Assembly (NCBI GenBank): GCA_965208325.1
Contig: OZ242326.1
Span: 1,536,001 to 1,600,000, forward strand
Direction of reading: 5' to 3'
DNA length: 64,000 nt
Source: Candidatus Poribacteria bacterium
GTDB lineage: Bacteria > Poribacteria > WGA-4E > PCPOR2b
The position numbers and the translations under genes are program-made. The number at the start of each line of letters is the position of its first letter. The stretch's first letter is position 1. Shown here in pieces: positions 40,386 to 49,789 of the stretch. The notes under the pieces are model-generated. The model was not told where the DNA came from and searched no databases. It saw only the letters and a program-made list of their open reading frames with translations.

Positions 40386-42281
40386 ATGAAACAAAATCCC
40401 CGTCCACCCGCCAAGTCGTACCGCGCGTTGATTGTCGGCGCGTTACTTATCCCTCCCAATCTTTATTGGACAATGCTGTCGGAAACCGTACACAATTTAT
40501 TTTTTTTCTCGGTTTTTACGCTCTTTTTCAACGTCGTTTTCACACTCTTCGTCCTAACGCTACTCAACGCGCTGCTCAAGCGTTCCAGCCCGAAGTTTGC
40601 GTTCGATTCGAGTGAGCTGCTAATAGTCTACACCATGCTTTCCATCGCCACCGGAATTTTCGGGCATGACCTGATGCTCGTAATGGTTCAGCATTTGGCA
40701 GGATTCGGATTTGCGTCGCCGGAAAACGAGTGGTTGGTGTTTTACGGGCGATACGTGCCCAATTGGCTCACCGTCTACGATGAAAGGGCACTTCACGGAT
40801 ATTTCCACGGCGGAGAATCACTGTACACGGTACGAAATCTCAACGCTTGGCTCATTCCGTCAGTCTGCTGGGGCGGATTTCTCATTGTGCTCCTCTTTGT
40901 TCTTGCCTGTATCAACACAATAATCCGGAAACAGTGGACGGAGAATGAGAAACTGTCGTATCCAATCATACAACTACCGCTTGAATTAACTGGCTCGGGC
41001 GCGGGGACGCTTGGAAATCGCTGGTTGTGGTTTGGATTCACAATTGCCGGCGCAATCAGTCTCAACAGAATTCTGCATGCGTTTTTGCCGGTGTTTCCTG
41101 TGCTCCGGCTGGGATACAATCTCACACCGCTGTTTGTGACAAAGCCCTGGAATGCCCTGCTGCCATACCCCGCCGGCGGGCTATTCATCGAAATCGAACC
41201 TTTCGTCGTGGGACTCAGCTACTTCCTGCCGCTAAGCTTGGCATTCTCGACATGGTTCTTTCTGCTGTTCTCGAAAGCCGAACTAGTCTTTCGAAATGCG
41301 GTCGGCATCTGGGCGACACCGGGGCCGTTCCGTAGTTATGCGACAGCGGGGGCGTGGATGGTTGTAGCCATAGCAGCATTGTGGATGAGCCGAAAGCACC
41401 TAAAACTGGTATACACCACCGCTCGGCATCAAATCGCAGATGACAAACGGGGCGAGGACCCCATGACTTACCGGAGTGCGCTGATTGGAATGGTGATTGG
41501 CACCGGCGCCCTCATCCTATTCCTAGCCTATATTGGAATATCATTGCACATCGCAATCCTCTTCCTAACAATTTACGTGCTATATGCGCTGGCAATCGCA
41601 CGCATACGCGCCGAAGTCGGTCCCCCCGCGCACGACGCGGAGTTCATGGGGCCGGAACAGTTAATCCTCAACGCGCTGGGTGCTCGCCGTGTCGGCCAAC
41701 GGAGCATTGCCATGTTTAGCTCCATTTATTGGATGAGCCGGGCATATCGTTCGCATCCCGTCGGACACCAGTTAGAGGGATTCAAAATCGCACAAACCGT
41801 GGGGGCGTCGAGTCGAAAATTCCTGACCGCAATGATGGTCGCATCAGTCGTAGGCACGATCTGCGGTTTTTGGGCATTTCTAACCGCCATGTACCGCTAT
41901 GGCGCTGGAAACGTTGCCCACAATATAGGCGGCGAAGCGTTTCGCCGATTGGAGGTCTGGTTAAAAATGCTGGGCTCGCCGGAACCCTTCATGCTCAGAG
42001 AGGTCGGGTTGGGGGCGGGAATAACCATACTGCTCACCGCACTGCATCGCCGTTTCGTCGGCTTTCCGTTCCATCCGGTCGGCTACGCCGTCGCATCGGG
42101 TGCGATGATACACCACTTGTGGTTTTCAATTCTGATTGCGTGGGCGATCAAATGGAGCATTCTAAAGTTCAGCGGTATACGGCGCTATCGGCAGTTGGTG
42201 CCGTTTTTCTTGGGATTGGTCTTGGGCCAGGTTGTGGTGGGCTGTCTTGGGATCATCTTGCGAATCCTGTTTCTTGAATGA
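40386..42281 (+). CDS. Polytopic membrane protein, DUF6785/DUF6784-like (paralog of 9521)
   Basis: EKLSYPIIQLPLE, HPVGHQLEGFKI, FPFHPVGY, YRQLVPFFLGLVLG. Confidence 0.7.
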   Translation: MKQNPRPPAKSYRALIVGALLIPPNLYWTMLSETVHNLFFFSVFTLFFNVVFTLFVLTLLNALLKRSSPKFAFDSSELLIVYTMLSIATGIFGHDLMLVMVQHLAGFGFASPENEWLVFYGRYVPNWLTVYDERALHGYFHGGESLYTVRNLNAWLIPSVCWGGFLIVLLFVLACINTIIRKQWTENEKLSYPIIQLPLELTGSGAGTLGNRWLWFGFTIAGAISLNRILHAFLPVFPVLRLGYNLTPLFVTKPWNALLPYPAGGLFIEIEPFVVGLSYFLPLSLAFSTWFFLLFSKAELVFRNAVGIWATPGPFRSYATAGAWMVVAIAALWMSRKHLKLVYTTARHQIADDKRGEDPMTYRSALIGMVIGTGALILFLAYIGISLHIAILFLTIYVLYALAIARIRAEVGPPAHDAEFMGPEQLILNALGARRVGQRSIAMFSSIYWMSRAYRSHPVGHQLEGFKIAQTVGASSRKFLTAMMVASVVGTICGFWAFLTAMYRYGAGNVAHNIGGEAFRRLEVWLKMLGSPEPFMLREVGLGAGITILLTALHRRFVGFPFHPVGYAVASGAMIHHLWFSILIAWAIKWSILKFSGIRRYRQLVPFFLGLVLGQVVVGCLGIILRILFLE

Positions 42282-42432
42282 CACCTGAAGCACGCACGCC
42301 TTTCGTCTTTCCCTTGATGAACACGTTTGAAGTATGGTATGATTTTGGCAAAAGTTGGATGCGCACAAAAACCGAACCGGCTTCCCGGGAAATATTCGCA
42401 ACTGCTATGCGCATCACGCTTGGAGATTTTGA

Positions 42433-42795
42433 ATGAATAAAACGTTATGGATTATTGTCCTTATTATTTTCGCACTCTTTTTCGGTCTCTTTACTTTTCT
42501 CAAGGTGCCAATCGCAATCACCCAAGATGAGATACAGGTCGCCGTAAGCGATGCCATCGCTGAATCGAATTCAACCGTGGATAGCGCCGAAGTTCAGCGG
42601 GTGGTGGAGAAATCAATCGAGAATTTGGAAGCGCGCCAATCAAAACGGCTTAGGTATCTGGTATCCGCTTACTTCGTCATCTGGCTTATCCTTATCCTCT
42701 ACACGCTGCGGATTTCGCACACCCAGTCGCAGATGCGGAAACGTCTAGATCAGCTGCAAGCCAGCCTAGAACCGCAGGGAACAGACCCACACTAA
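42433..42795 (+). CDS. Small two-TM protein with CcmD-like C-terminal segment
   Basis: YLVSAYFVIWLILILYTLRI followed by amphipathic helix QSQMRKRLDQLQ. Confidence 0.5.
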   Translation: MNKTLWIIVLIIFALFFGLFTFLKVPIAITQDEIQVAVSDAIAESNSTVDSAEVQRVVEKSIENLEARQSKRLRYLVSAYFVIWLILILYTLRISHTQSQMRKRLDQLQASLEPQGTDPH

Positions 42796-43060
42796 CTCCC
42801 CGTTGCCAAGGTCTTGTTTTTATTCCCCTCCTTGCTAAGGAGAGGCGAGGGGAGGTTGAATTGACACGTTGACACACCCCCTCTAGCTCCCCCTTGCCAA
42901 GGGGGAGGATTCTTCTGTTTCATTCCCCTCATTACCAAGGAGTGGGCACGGGAGATTGTTCGTTACAATTAACATCCCCCTCCTTAATAAGGAGGGGTTA
43001 GGGGAGGTTGCACATTGCAATCATCAATCCCTTCCTTACTAAGGCAAGGCGAGGGGAGGT
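42796..43060. repeat. Cluster of ~5 REP-like hairpins (CCCCTCCTT-n3-AAGGAGGGG..GGGGAGG family)
   Basis: For example cccctccttgctaaggagaggcgaggggaggt and cccctccttaataaggaggggttaggggaggt; lies between convergent genes; family recurs at 58381, 63665 and 63890. Confidence 0.8.
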
Positions 43061-43088
43061 GGTTCGGTATATAACGAGCTATCAACAC

Positions 43089-44963
43089 CTATTGTGCGCT
43101 TTGCGCTTCGTGCGGCTCCTCCCTCCAAACGAAATTGCCGTCAATATCGCGCACCTTCAAGAATGAGTAGCTACGCAAGCCACCGCCATCGTTTACGGTA
43201 TATTGGATCTGACCCACGAGAGTTCTAACAATCTCACGGACGAAATCAATCGTTGACGGCAGCATTGATCGAATCAACTCAAATTCCGCCCCTGATTCCT
43301 CACCTTCAAACACGACGGGAATCTGCTCGGCAAGCGTATCCACCATCTGTTCAAGCGACCGGGCTGGATTAGAGTAAACCATGTTATTGACCGTCTCTGG
43401 CGCCATACTACGGAATTCTTTAAACTGGGTCTGTGTTAACAGGTTTTCCGCGGTACCGCTCGCACAATCAAGCGCAAGTTTTAGGTCTGCGAGTCCGGTG
43501 GAAACCAACACATATTGCTCGGTTACAACGTAGCTCAGTTGATATGGTATGTTAGGGAGTGCAGCCGTGCGAATCTGGTGCCCGGCATGGTCGACCGTCT
43601 CCCAGTTCAGCGCCACGCCCATGGTTGCTCCCAAAGTCATCGCAACCATATCTGTTAATTGTCCGAGACTATCTCCCGCTTTTTCGCTGTCTGACGTTTG
43701 AATTGAAAGCAGGAATTGCGGCAATGCGCCGCCTGTACCAACGCCCATTGGGGGCGATAACATGGTGAACCCCGTTTGGAAGAATGCAATTTCATTTCCC
43801 ATCCACGAAAGTAGATCACTTTCTATGTCGATGTCCATCATTGCCTGAATCTGCTCTAGGCTGTCGAATGCCTCTCGGCTCATTTCAGGCGGCATGGACG
43901 CGACGAAGTTCATCAGCATTTGCCAGAGCTTGGGAAGATCAATGAGATTGGACGCATTATAAGAAATGACGTCAGCGTGCGCGAACTTTATGGAATCGTG
44001 GTGCGTCGGTTCGGCCAACAGCATCTCCCGGAAGTTGTTGGCTGTCGCGTTGGGATTGAGTTTGATGTAGCTCTGCGACACAATCCCATTGTTCGTGAGG
44101 TACGTAACCCCGCCCATCCATTGCATCAGGTCCAACCACTTAATCGCCCGATCTGTTAGCAATCTAATCTCGTCATCCATCTCGTCGCGGACCATTGGAT
44201 AAAACGACTCTGCCAATTCAGGGATTGAGCTTAAATCGAGGTAGAATACCGTCTGGAAGTCGGTCGCGCTTTCACCCTGAAATCGGTCGATATGTTGGAC
44301 AAAATTCGGGTCTTTGGCGAGGCTGGCGTCTGACTTGCCTTGGTAGAGGTCTATTGCCCGGCGTATCGACGCTTCGCCCAAGCTGGCAATCAGAAAGTTG
44401 TCGATCAGCCCGCATGAAATGACCAGGTTCGGCTCAGGCTCGGCTGCCATAAAAAAGTACCCGTTGTATTCGCAGCGTTCCGCCTCTGGTATGTTAGCCA
44501 TTCCGACCATAATCGCCGCCGACAGTAACTCTCCGAGGTCATCTGTTTGATCTATATTGACCATGAGTGTTGGGGAAAATTCACTCAAATCCCGGAACTT
44601 GGGAACGACAATTAGGATTTCCTGACCAAATACTCTAGAAAGGATTGAGAGGCTAGGCCTGATGAGGCGGTGCATTTCCTTTATATCGGCTTCTCTTTCA
44701 AAAACCCCTTGCAGCGGTTCCCAGATTGGCGCTTCAAGAAGTTGCTGCCACGCTCGGGAGTTTTCAATCAGCGCGAGTGCTTCGGCGACGTCCTTCGTTT
44801 GCATCACGAGTAGGGCATCTGCCGGAGCAATGTCCATGAGGGATGGAGTGGGCGCCGCCTCAGCTACAGGTTCTACGTGCGGTTTCACACCGCATGAACA
44901 GATGCTAATGAGAAATATGAGAATAATTGCGAGGATATGATATGTGCTGTTTCTTTCGGTCAT
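43089..44963 (-). CDS. Putative lipoprotein, DUF3352-like
   Basis: Lipobox-like ISICSC; DLLSWMGNEIA; two similar alpha/beta halves. Confidence 0.55.
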   Translation of the reverse strand: MTERNSTYHILAIILIFLISICSCGVKPHVEPVAEAAPTPSLMDIAPADALLVMQTKDVAEALALIENSRAWQQLLEAPIWEPLQGVFEREADIKEMHRLIRPSLSILSRVFGQEILIVVPKFRDLSEFSPTLMVNIDQTDDLGELLSAAIMVGMANIPEAERCEYNGYFFMAAEPEPNLVISCGLIDNFLIASLGEASIRRAIDLYQGKSDASLAKDPNFVQHIDRFQGESATDFQTVFYLDLSSIPELAESFYPMVRDEMDDEIRLLTDRAIKWLDLMQWMGGVTYLTNNGIVSQSYIKLNPNATANNFREMLLAEPTHHDSIKFAHADVISYNASNLIDLPKLWQMLMNFVASMPPEMSREAFDSLEQIQAMMDIDIESDLLSWMGNEIAFFQTGFTMLSPPMGVGTGGALPQFLLSIQTSDSEKAGDSLGQLTDMVAMTLGATMGVALNWETVDHAGHQIRTAALPNIPYQLSYVVTEQYVLVSTGLADLKLALDCASGTAENLLTQTQFKEFRSMAPETVNNMVYSNPARSLEQMVDTLAEQIPVVFEGEESGAEFELIRSMLPSTIDFVREIVRTLVGQIQYTVNDGGGLRSYSFLKVRDIDGNFVWREEPHEAQSAQ

Positions 44964-45049
44964 TTGAATAACTCCTAGTAAGAATTAGGGTGGTTCAAAA
45001 AAGGTTGGAATTGAAATATGGATTCGCGCTATCCAACCTACACACTTTT

Positions 45050-45682
45050 TCAACTTGCAGAAGAGGGAGAAAACACGTCGCTGAACTTTGGCAGCCACCG
45101 CGTGAACAGCGCCACGGCTTCTTCATCTTGACGGTTCAGAGAGAACATATAGCGGCCTTTGCCCGCGTAAGACAGTGTATAGCGACCGCGGGCTGTTGGC
45201 CCCATAGCAACCATTCCAACCGCTCGTCCGATGTCGAACCGACCTCTTGGTGCAGACCACTTGTCGATTGCCCCATAACGCGAACCTGCGCCAAGCGCGA
45301 TTACTCCAAGCGCATTGCCGCCGAACGCGAAGATGCCCACGGAGTACCCACCAAAGGCAAAGATACCGACGGAACCCCCTCCTACCGCGAAGACACCAAT
45401 AGAGCATGGACCAACAGCAATCACGCCAACTGTCACAATTCCAACAGCGATTATCCCGATAGTGATGAACCCGAATGTCTCTTCGCCCAGCCCGGTGTGG
45501 TAACCAAAATTAACGATTGAGCGGATTAACGACGGAAGTTCCGAGTTTATTGCCCGGACTAACATGGGGACTAAAAACAGCGAAAAAGCAACGACAAATA
45601 AAATTGAAACGCCTATATTCCATCTACGAAAATAGGCGTCAAACGTCTCTTGGAAAGATTTGGGGCACATTTCTCTTGACAT
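45050..45682 (-). CDS. Membrane protein with glycine-rich decapeptide repeats
   Basis: GVFAVGGGSV GIFAFGGYSV GIFAFGGNAL repeats; ATG 45682 preceded by GGAGG. Confidence 0.7.
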   Translation of the reverse strand: MSREMCPKSFQETFDAYFRRWNIGVSILFVVAFSLFLVPMLVRAINSELPSLIRSIVNFGYHTGLGEETFGFITIGIIAVGIVTVGVIAVGPCSIGVFAVGGGSVGIFAFGGYSVGIFAFGGNALGVIALGAGSRYGAIDKWSAPRGRFDIGRAVGMVAMGPTARGRYTLSYAGKGRYMFSLNRQDEEAVALFTRWLPKFSDVFSPSSAS

Positions 45683-45771
45683 AAACTCTAGGCCTCCTTC
45701 CACCAAGCAACGCCGTGTAATTGAGAGCTGTAGCTAATCGTTCGCATAGAATCATGGGCGGCGCAGTCTTC

Positions 45772-46034
45772 GTAGGTTGGGTTGAGCGGACTTGGTGAAA
45801 CCAAACGTGTTCGAAGCGATCAGGGGGCGGCAAGGCAAACATCAACAACACGAAGATTTTACCCCCAAATGTAAGCAAAAATTACAGTTTTTACAGTCCA
45901 TAAAAAAAGGGCTTAATGGCGTTGGGTTTAGCAATTGCACTGCGATTAGCTAAGAGGTGAAGACTTGAAGACTATCGCCTTCGCTATCCGCTCAGTTGAT
46001 CGTTGGGTTTCGCCTTCGGCTCTACCCAACCTAC
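45772..46034. repeat. REP-doublet (REPIN/BIME-like) element A, copy 1
   Basis: Inverted ends GTAGGTTGGGT...ACCCAACCTAC; interior homologous to 47239-47552 and 51228-51554. Confidence 0.85.
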
Positions 46035-46070
46035 AAGAACTGGTGACTCCTATTAGGATTCATCTGGGAA

Positions 46071-46197
46071 TTTCACAGTTTGCACAGTAAACTGAAACGC
46101 ATCGGACATCAAACTGAGGTTCGGGAAGCGCTAAATGCAGTCTGGGACTGCATTCCTTTCGGTTATTCTCCAAAAATAGGAAATCCTAACTGTGAAA
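46071..46197. mobile_element. 127-bp MITE-like element B, copy 1
   Basis: Perfect 10-bp terminal inverted repeats TTTCACAGTT/AACTGTGAAA; internal hairpin GCAGTC-TGG-GACTGC; second copy at 47062. Confidence 0.6.
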
Positions 46198-46401
46198 CTT
46201 TGCCGCTTCTTGGAGCACGGAAAAAATCAATTGCGGCACAATCGTCGCGCGCCGCACATAAAGCGTCAGTTTAGGAAGATGCAGGTAAGAAAGTACTTGC
46301 TAAACTCAGGCTAGACGCAGCGAATAAATTTTGAAGTTGAGCGCCGATGAACTTGCTGATGCAGTTATTGAGCAGTTGCAATGTTACGGTGAAAAAGCAG
46401 T

Positions 46402-46632
46402 TTAGAGGGAGCTGGATAACCGAAAGTATTCTTCTCTGCTCATACCAACAGTTCGCATGTTGTTTCTAATTACAGTGACCGGCACCTCGTGATAGCGGGG
46501 AATCACGACGGCACGTTTGGCATTGGGATGGTGATAGATTAAATGATCTCCTTTTTGCCGGACATATACACAACCAAACGCTTCAAAAATTTTCACTTGG
46601 GTTTGCCAATCTGTTGGTGAAAGTCTCGGCAT
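46402..46632 (-). CDS. hicA: HicA-family toxin (mRNA interferase)
   Basis: FEAFG..VRQKGDHLIYHHP...VVIPRYHEVP..VIRNNM; TAATG overlap with hicB stop. Confidence 0.9.
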   Translation of the reverse strand: MPRLSPTDWQTQVKIFEAFGCVYVRQKGDHLIYHHPNAKRAVVIPRYHEVPVTVIRNNMRTVGMSREEYFRLSSSL

Positions 46633-46916
46633 TAAAGAACCCAAAGAGGAACGGTACGCTGATTAAAAGCAACTACATGTTTGTCAAGCTGAAGGGTTGG
46701 TTTCGTAGTCTCCAAATCATAACCGGCATCCTCTAAAAAAGCCTTGAGTGTTCCAAGTTTAGCTGTTTCTTCAAGTTGAATCTCAATAACCTCAAGGAGA
46801 TTTTTTCTCGCCTGTTCAACATCGCTTCCGCAACTTGCAACATCTAGCTCTGGACAGTAAGCGGTGTACATGTTGCCCTCTTGCCAAATTTCTTCCGTGA
46901 CGACGAGGTTTTTCAT
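46632..46916 (-). CDS. hicB: HicB-family antitoxin (short, no obvious DNA-binding domain)
   Basis: QEGNMYTAYCPELDVASCGSDVEQARKNLLEVIE. Confidence 0.9.
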   Translation of the reverse strand: MKNLVVTEEIWQEGNMYTAYCPELDVASCGSDVEQARKNLLEVIEIQLEETAKLGTLKAFLEDAGYDLETTKPTLQLDKHVVAFNQRTVPLWVL

Positions 46917-47061
46917 TGTTTACCCCAAATACTGGTTAATATTCTTCGTGAAATAAAACTGCAGGACCTGTATCCAACGTCAAGGATAGGCTCAACCCTG
47001 CTCATTCACAATTATATCACTCCAATCAAGAAACGGCAAAGTCTTTCCAAGAGAGTTCGCA

Positions 47062-47188
47062 TTTCACAGTTTTCACAGTAAATTGAAACGGATCGGACAT
47101 CAAACTGAGGTTCGGGAAGCGCTAAACGCAGTCTGGGACTGCATCTCTTTCGGTTATTCGCCAAAAACAGAAAATCCTAACTGTGAAA
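47062..47188. mobile_element. 127-bp MITE-like element B, copy 2 (same orientation as copy 1)
   Basis: Same TIRs and length; similarity to copy 1 continues ~45 bp further to CGGCACAA. Confidence 0.6.
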
Positions 47189-47238
47189 CTTCGCAGCTTC
47201 TTCGAGCAACGAGAAATATAATTACGGCACAAGTCTTC

Positions 47239-47552
47239 GTAGGTTGGGTTGAGCGGTTTTGGTGAAGCCTAACGCATTCGAAGCGTTCAGGGGGAGGGCA
47301 AGGCAAATTTCAACAACACGAAGATTTTACCCTCACATGTCAGCGAAAATTACAGTTTTTACAGTCCATAAAAAAAAGGGCTTAATGGCGTTGGGTTTAG
47401 CAATTGCACTGCGATTAGCTAAGAGGTGAAGACTATCGCACTCGCTGTTCGGGCGCTTGCTCCGAGGGAAACCTATCGCGCTCCTTATCCAGTCGCTTGA
47501 TCTATCCGCTCATTTGATCGTTGGGTTTCGTCTTCGCCTCTACCCAACCTAC
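47239..47552. repeat. REP-doublet element A, copy 2
   Basis: Same inverted ends and interior as 45772-46034, with extra nested short repeats. Confidence 0.85.
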
Positions 47553-47991
47553 TGCATTACAATGACTACGATTATAGCGGAAACGATGAATTTCGTGAAT
47601 GCACAGCGGTGCTGAAATTGCGTTTGAAAGAGGGAAAATTCTGGAAATTCGATTTACTTATTTTGTGAGTATTTTAGATGCGGAAAAATAAGCGAAAATG
47701 GGCGAAACACTAGTCAGGGTACGGGTTCGCGGCGTTGAGTATTTGTGAGTATTTGAGAAAATAAGTTGAGAATGCTCACTTATGACGGCTCTTAAGTGTC
47801 GGACGTGTCAGATCCGATCGCGCTCTGAGCAGTCCTTTCGGTTGGGATAACGGTGTATGTTTCGCCGACCGTGCACCGCTAGCTTAAGAGGGGTAGACTA
47901 TCGCAGTCACTATGCGCTCCTTTGATCGCTCACTATTCGTCCGCTTGAACTATTCGCTCAGTTGATCGCTTGTTCACAATCCAACGTGAAT

Positions 47992-49140
47992 TTAGGTTGG
48001 ATTGGCATTATTCTGCGCCTTATCTTTCGGGGGTAATTCTGCGGCGGTTTCAGCGGCGCGGGTCGGCGGCGGATCGTTGTTGGCATCGGCTGCGCCGTGT
48101 TTGCCGTTTTTGCTATTCCTCCGCGACAGAGTGCCAAGGAGAGAATCTAGCTTCGCTGTGTCCGTTGATTGAGGTACGTTCTCGTTTTGAAAAATGCTAG
48201 AAAGGTCGACTTTTCCCGACAGAATTGCTTCTGCCAACTTTTTACTCTCGTCTGAATTGGCTTCCCGATTAATTTTAATTTCTTCGTCTCTCCGATTCGG
48301 CGTATAGGACTTCCAATCGTCAGAAAGCAGCGACCTGTAGATTTCAAGCAGTTCTTCAAAGCTGATGGCGTCTCCGCCGAACACCTCCTCGTAAAGTTCA
48401 GGATTGTCGAGCTCTCTCCTCATTTGCTTAATGGAAGGTAGTTTCTTGTGTCCGTTTTTGCACAACATCTCCCAAAGCTCCTTGACGTAGACATCAGGAA
48501 TTTCGTAGTCCAAGGGATAAACCCCACCATTAACATGCTGGGCGTCTCGCCCGGTGCCGGTCTCGATTTGGTTGGACTTGGCTAGCTCGAAGGGTTCGGA
48601 CGCCGCCCAAGTCGAGCGCCGCGTGTCCGGGTAAGGGACCAATCCGTCCCCGGCTTTGTTCTCGGGATGTTGGTCTAGCCGTTCACTGAATCGCACGGCG
48701 TGATTGATGTCTTGCCTTACGGTGATTCCCATTTGTGTCAAGAGTTCGACGAGGCTTTTTAGCGCGAATACGATTTTAGGCAATTCACTTACCGTTACCG
48801 TTGAAAAATCAAACCGAATTTCTGATAACCCGTGGGCGAAGGCGGCAGCGGTCTCGCAGACGGCGGCAACGAGCGTGCCTTTCTTTTCGGCGAGGTATTG
48901 TGCGCGTTTAGCGGTCAGTGCGATTTGGAACGAGAACACAGACGATTTGGGGTTGCAGGTACGAATTGCATCGCGCACGTATTTTCGGTCTTTATCTAAG
49001 TCGCCGGTGGTCGCGTCGGGTTTCCACCGCATGACCTCATCTACAACTTGCGACGTTGTGTAAAACTGAGCGTATAGATCTACGACGTCGAGTTTTTCTT
49101 CGTCCGTCAATTGATATGGATTTCTTTTGCGCTTTGGCAT
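47992..49140 (-). CDS. Hypothetical protein with N-terminal DUF2280-like HTH region
   Basis: AGGAG RBS; LTDEEKLDVVDLYAQFYTTSQVVDEV resembles the phage-related DUF2280 N-terminus; low-complexity C-terminus. Confidence 0.5.
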   Translation of the reverse strand: MPKRKRNPYQLTDEEKLDVVDLYAQFYTTSQVVDEVMRWKPDATTGDLDKDRKYVRDAIRTCNPKSSVFSFQIALTAKRAQYLAEKKGTLVAAVCETAAAFAHGLSEIRFDFSTVTVSELPKIVFALKSLVELLTQMGITVRQDINHAVRFSERLDQHPENKAGDGLVPYPDTRRSTWAASEPFELAKSNQIETGTGRDAQHVNGGVYPLDYEIPDVYVKELWEMLCKNGHKKLPSIKQMRRELDNPELYEEVFGGDAISFEELLEIYRSLLSDDWKSYTPNRRDEEIKINREANSDESKKLAEAILSGKVDLSSIFQNENVPQSTDTAKLDSLLGTLSRRNSKNGKHGAADANNDPPPTRAAETAAELPPKDKAQNNANPT

Positions 49141-49336
49141 TATGTTCTCCTTCTAGCGCAAAGCGTCTAACTTAAAAAGCCAGACGCCGTGCGGGTTTTG
49201 TATTTTCGGATTTGCGCCTTTTTGCGCTATTGGGCGCGAGCGCAAAGTTTTGCGGCGTACGAGTTCAAATGTTAATTTAAGGGTGATGTAGGTTGGGTTA
49301 AAGGATTATAATGAGCGGAGAATACTATGGCCTTCG

Positions 49337-49789
49337 CTAGCGATGTTCCTTTAAATGAAGTATATCCCATTGTGAATTTGAATTGGTGTCAGCCGTATGC
49401 TTTAATGACCCGCGCAATCCAGACTCTTTGTATTCACTTACAGCAGCCATTGCGGCAGCGATGTCCTCCACAAGTTTTGCATTGAGTGTGCCTCGTCGCC
49501 GAATAAAGTTCTTCACGTCCACCCACTGGCTTTTTGTGATGTGGGCAGCGGAGGGCATTGTTAGCCCGTTGCATTTGTATGGCTTAATTTGAACAATGCA
49601 AATGATACCGGAAAATTCGTCGGTCCAATTCGAAATTGGTACGACCCACCTCGTGGTCAGGCATTCCAACGCATCGGAGCTTATAATCACGGCAGGTTTG
49701 GGTTTCTGAGGTTTAGCACCAGCGTTAGATTCGAGAATCACATCCCAAACCTCTCCTCGGCGCGGATTAATTGGTTTTGGCTTCGACAA
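49337..49789 (-). CDS. PemK/MazF-family toxin
   Basis: PRRGEVWDV, PAVIISSD, VVPIS, NGLTMPSAA, FIRRRGTL; AGGAGG RBS before TTG inside the upstream gene. Confidence 0.85.
   Translation of the reverse strand: MSKPKPINPRRGEVWDVILESNAGAKPQKPKPAVIISSDALECLTTRWVVPISNWTDEFSGIICIVQIKPYKCNGLTMPSAAHITKSQWVDVKNFIRRRGTLNAKLVEDIAAAMAAVSEYKESGLRGSLKHTADTNSNSQWDILHLKEHR

Noticed and set aside
41729..45520. Long alternative-frame or antisense ORFs (e.g. 41729-42277, 44990-45520)
   Set aside because: They overlap well-supported genes and show no family motifs; treated as shadow ORFs.
46080..47265. Similar 60-64 aa ORFs at 46080 and 47083
   Set aside because: They are translations of repeat element B, start at TTG with no RBS, and diverge once the repeat ends.
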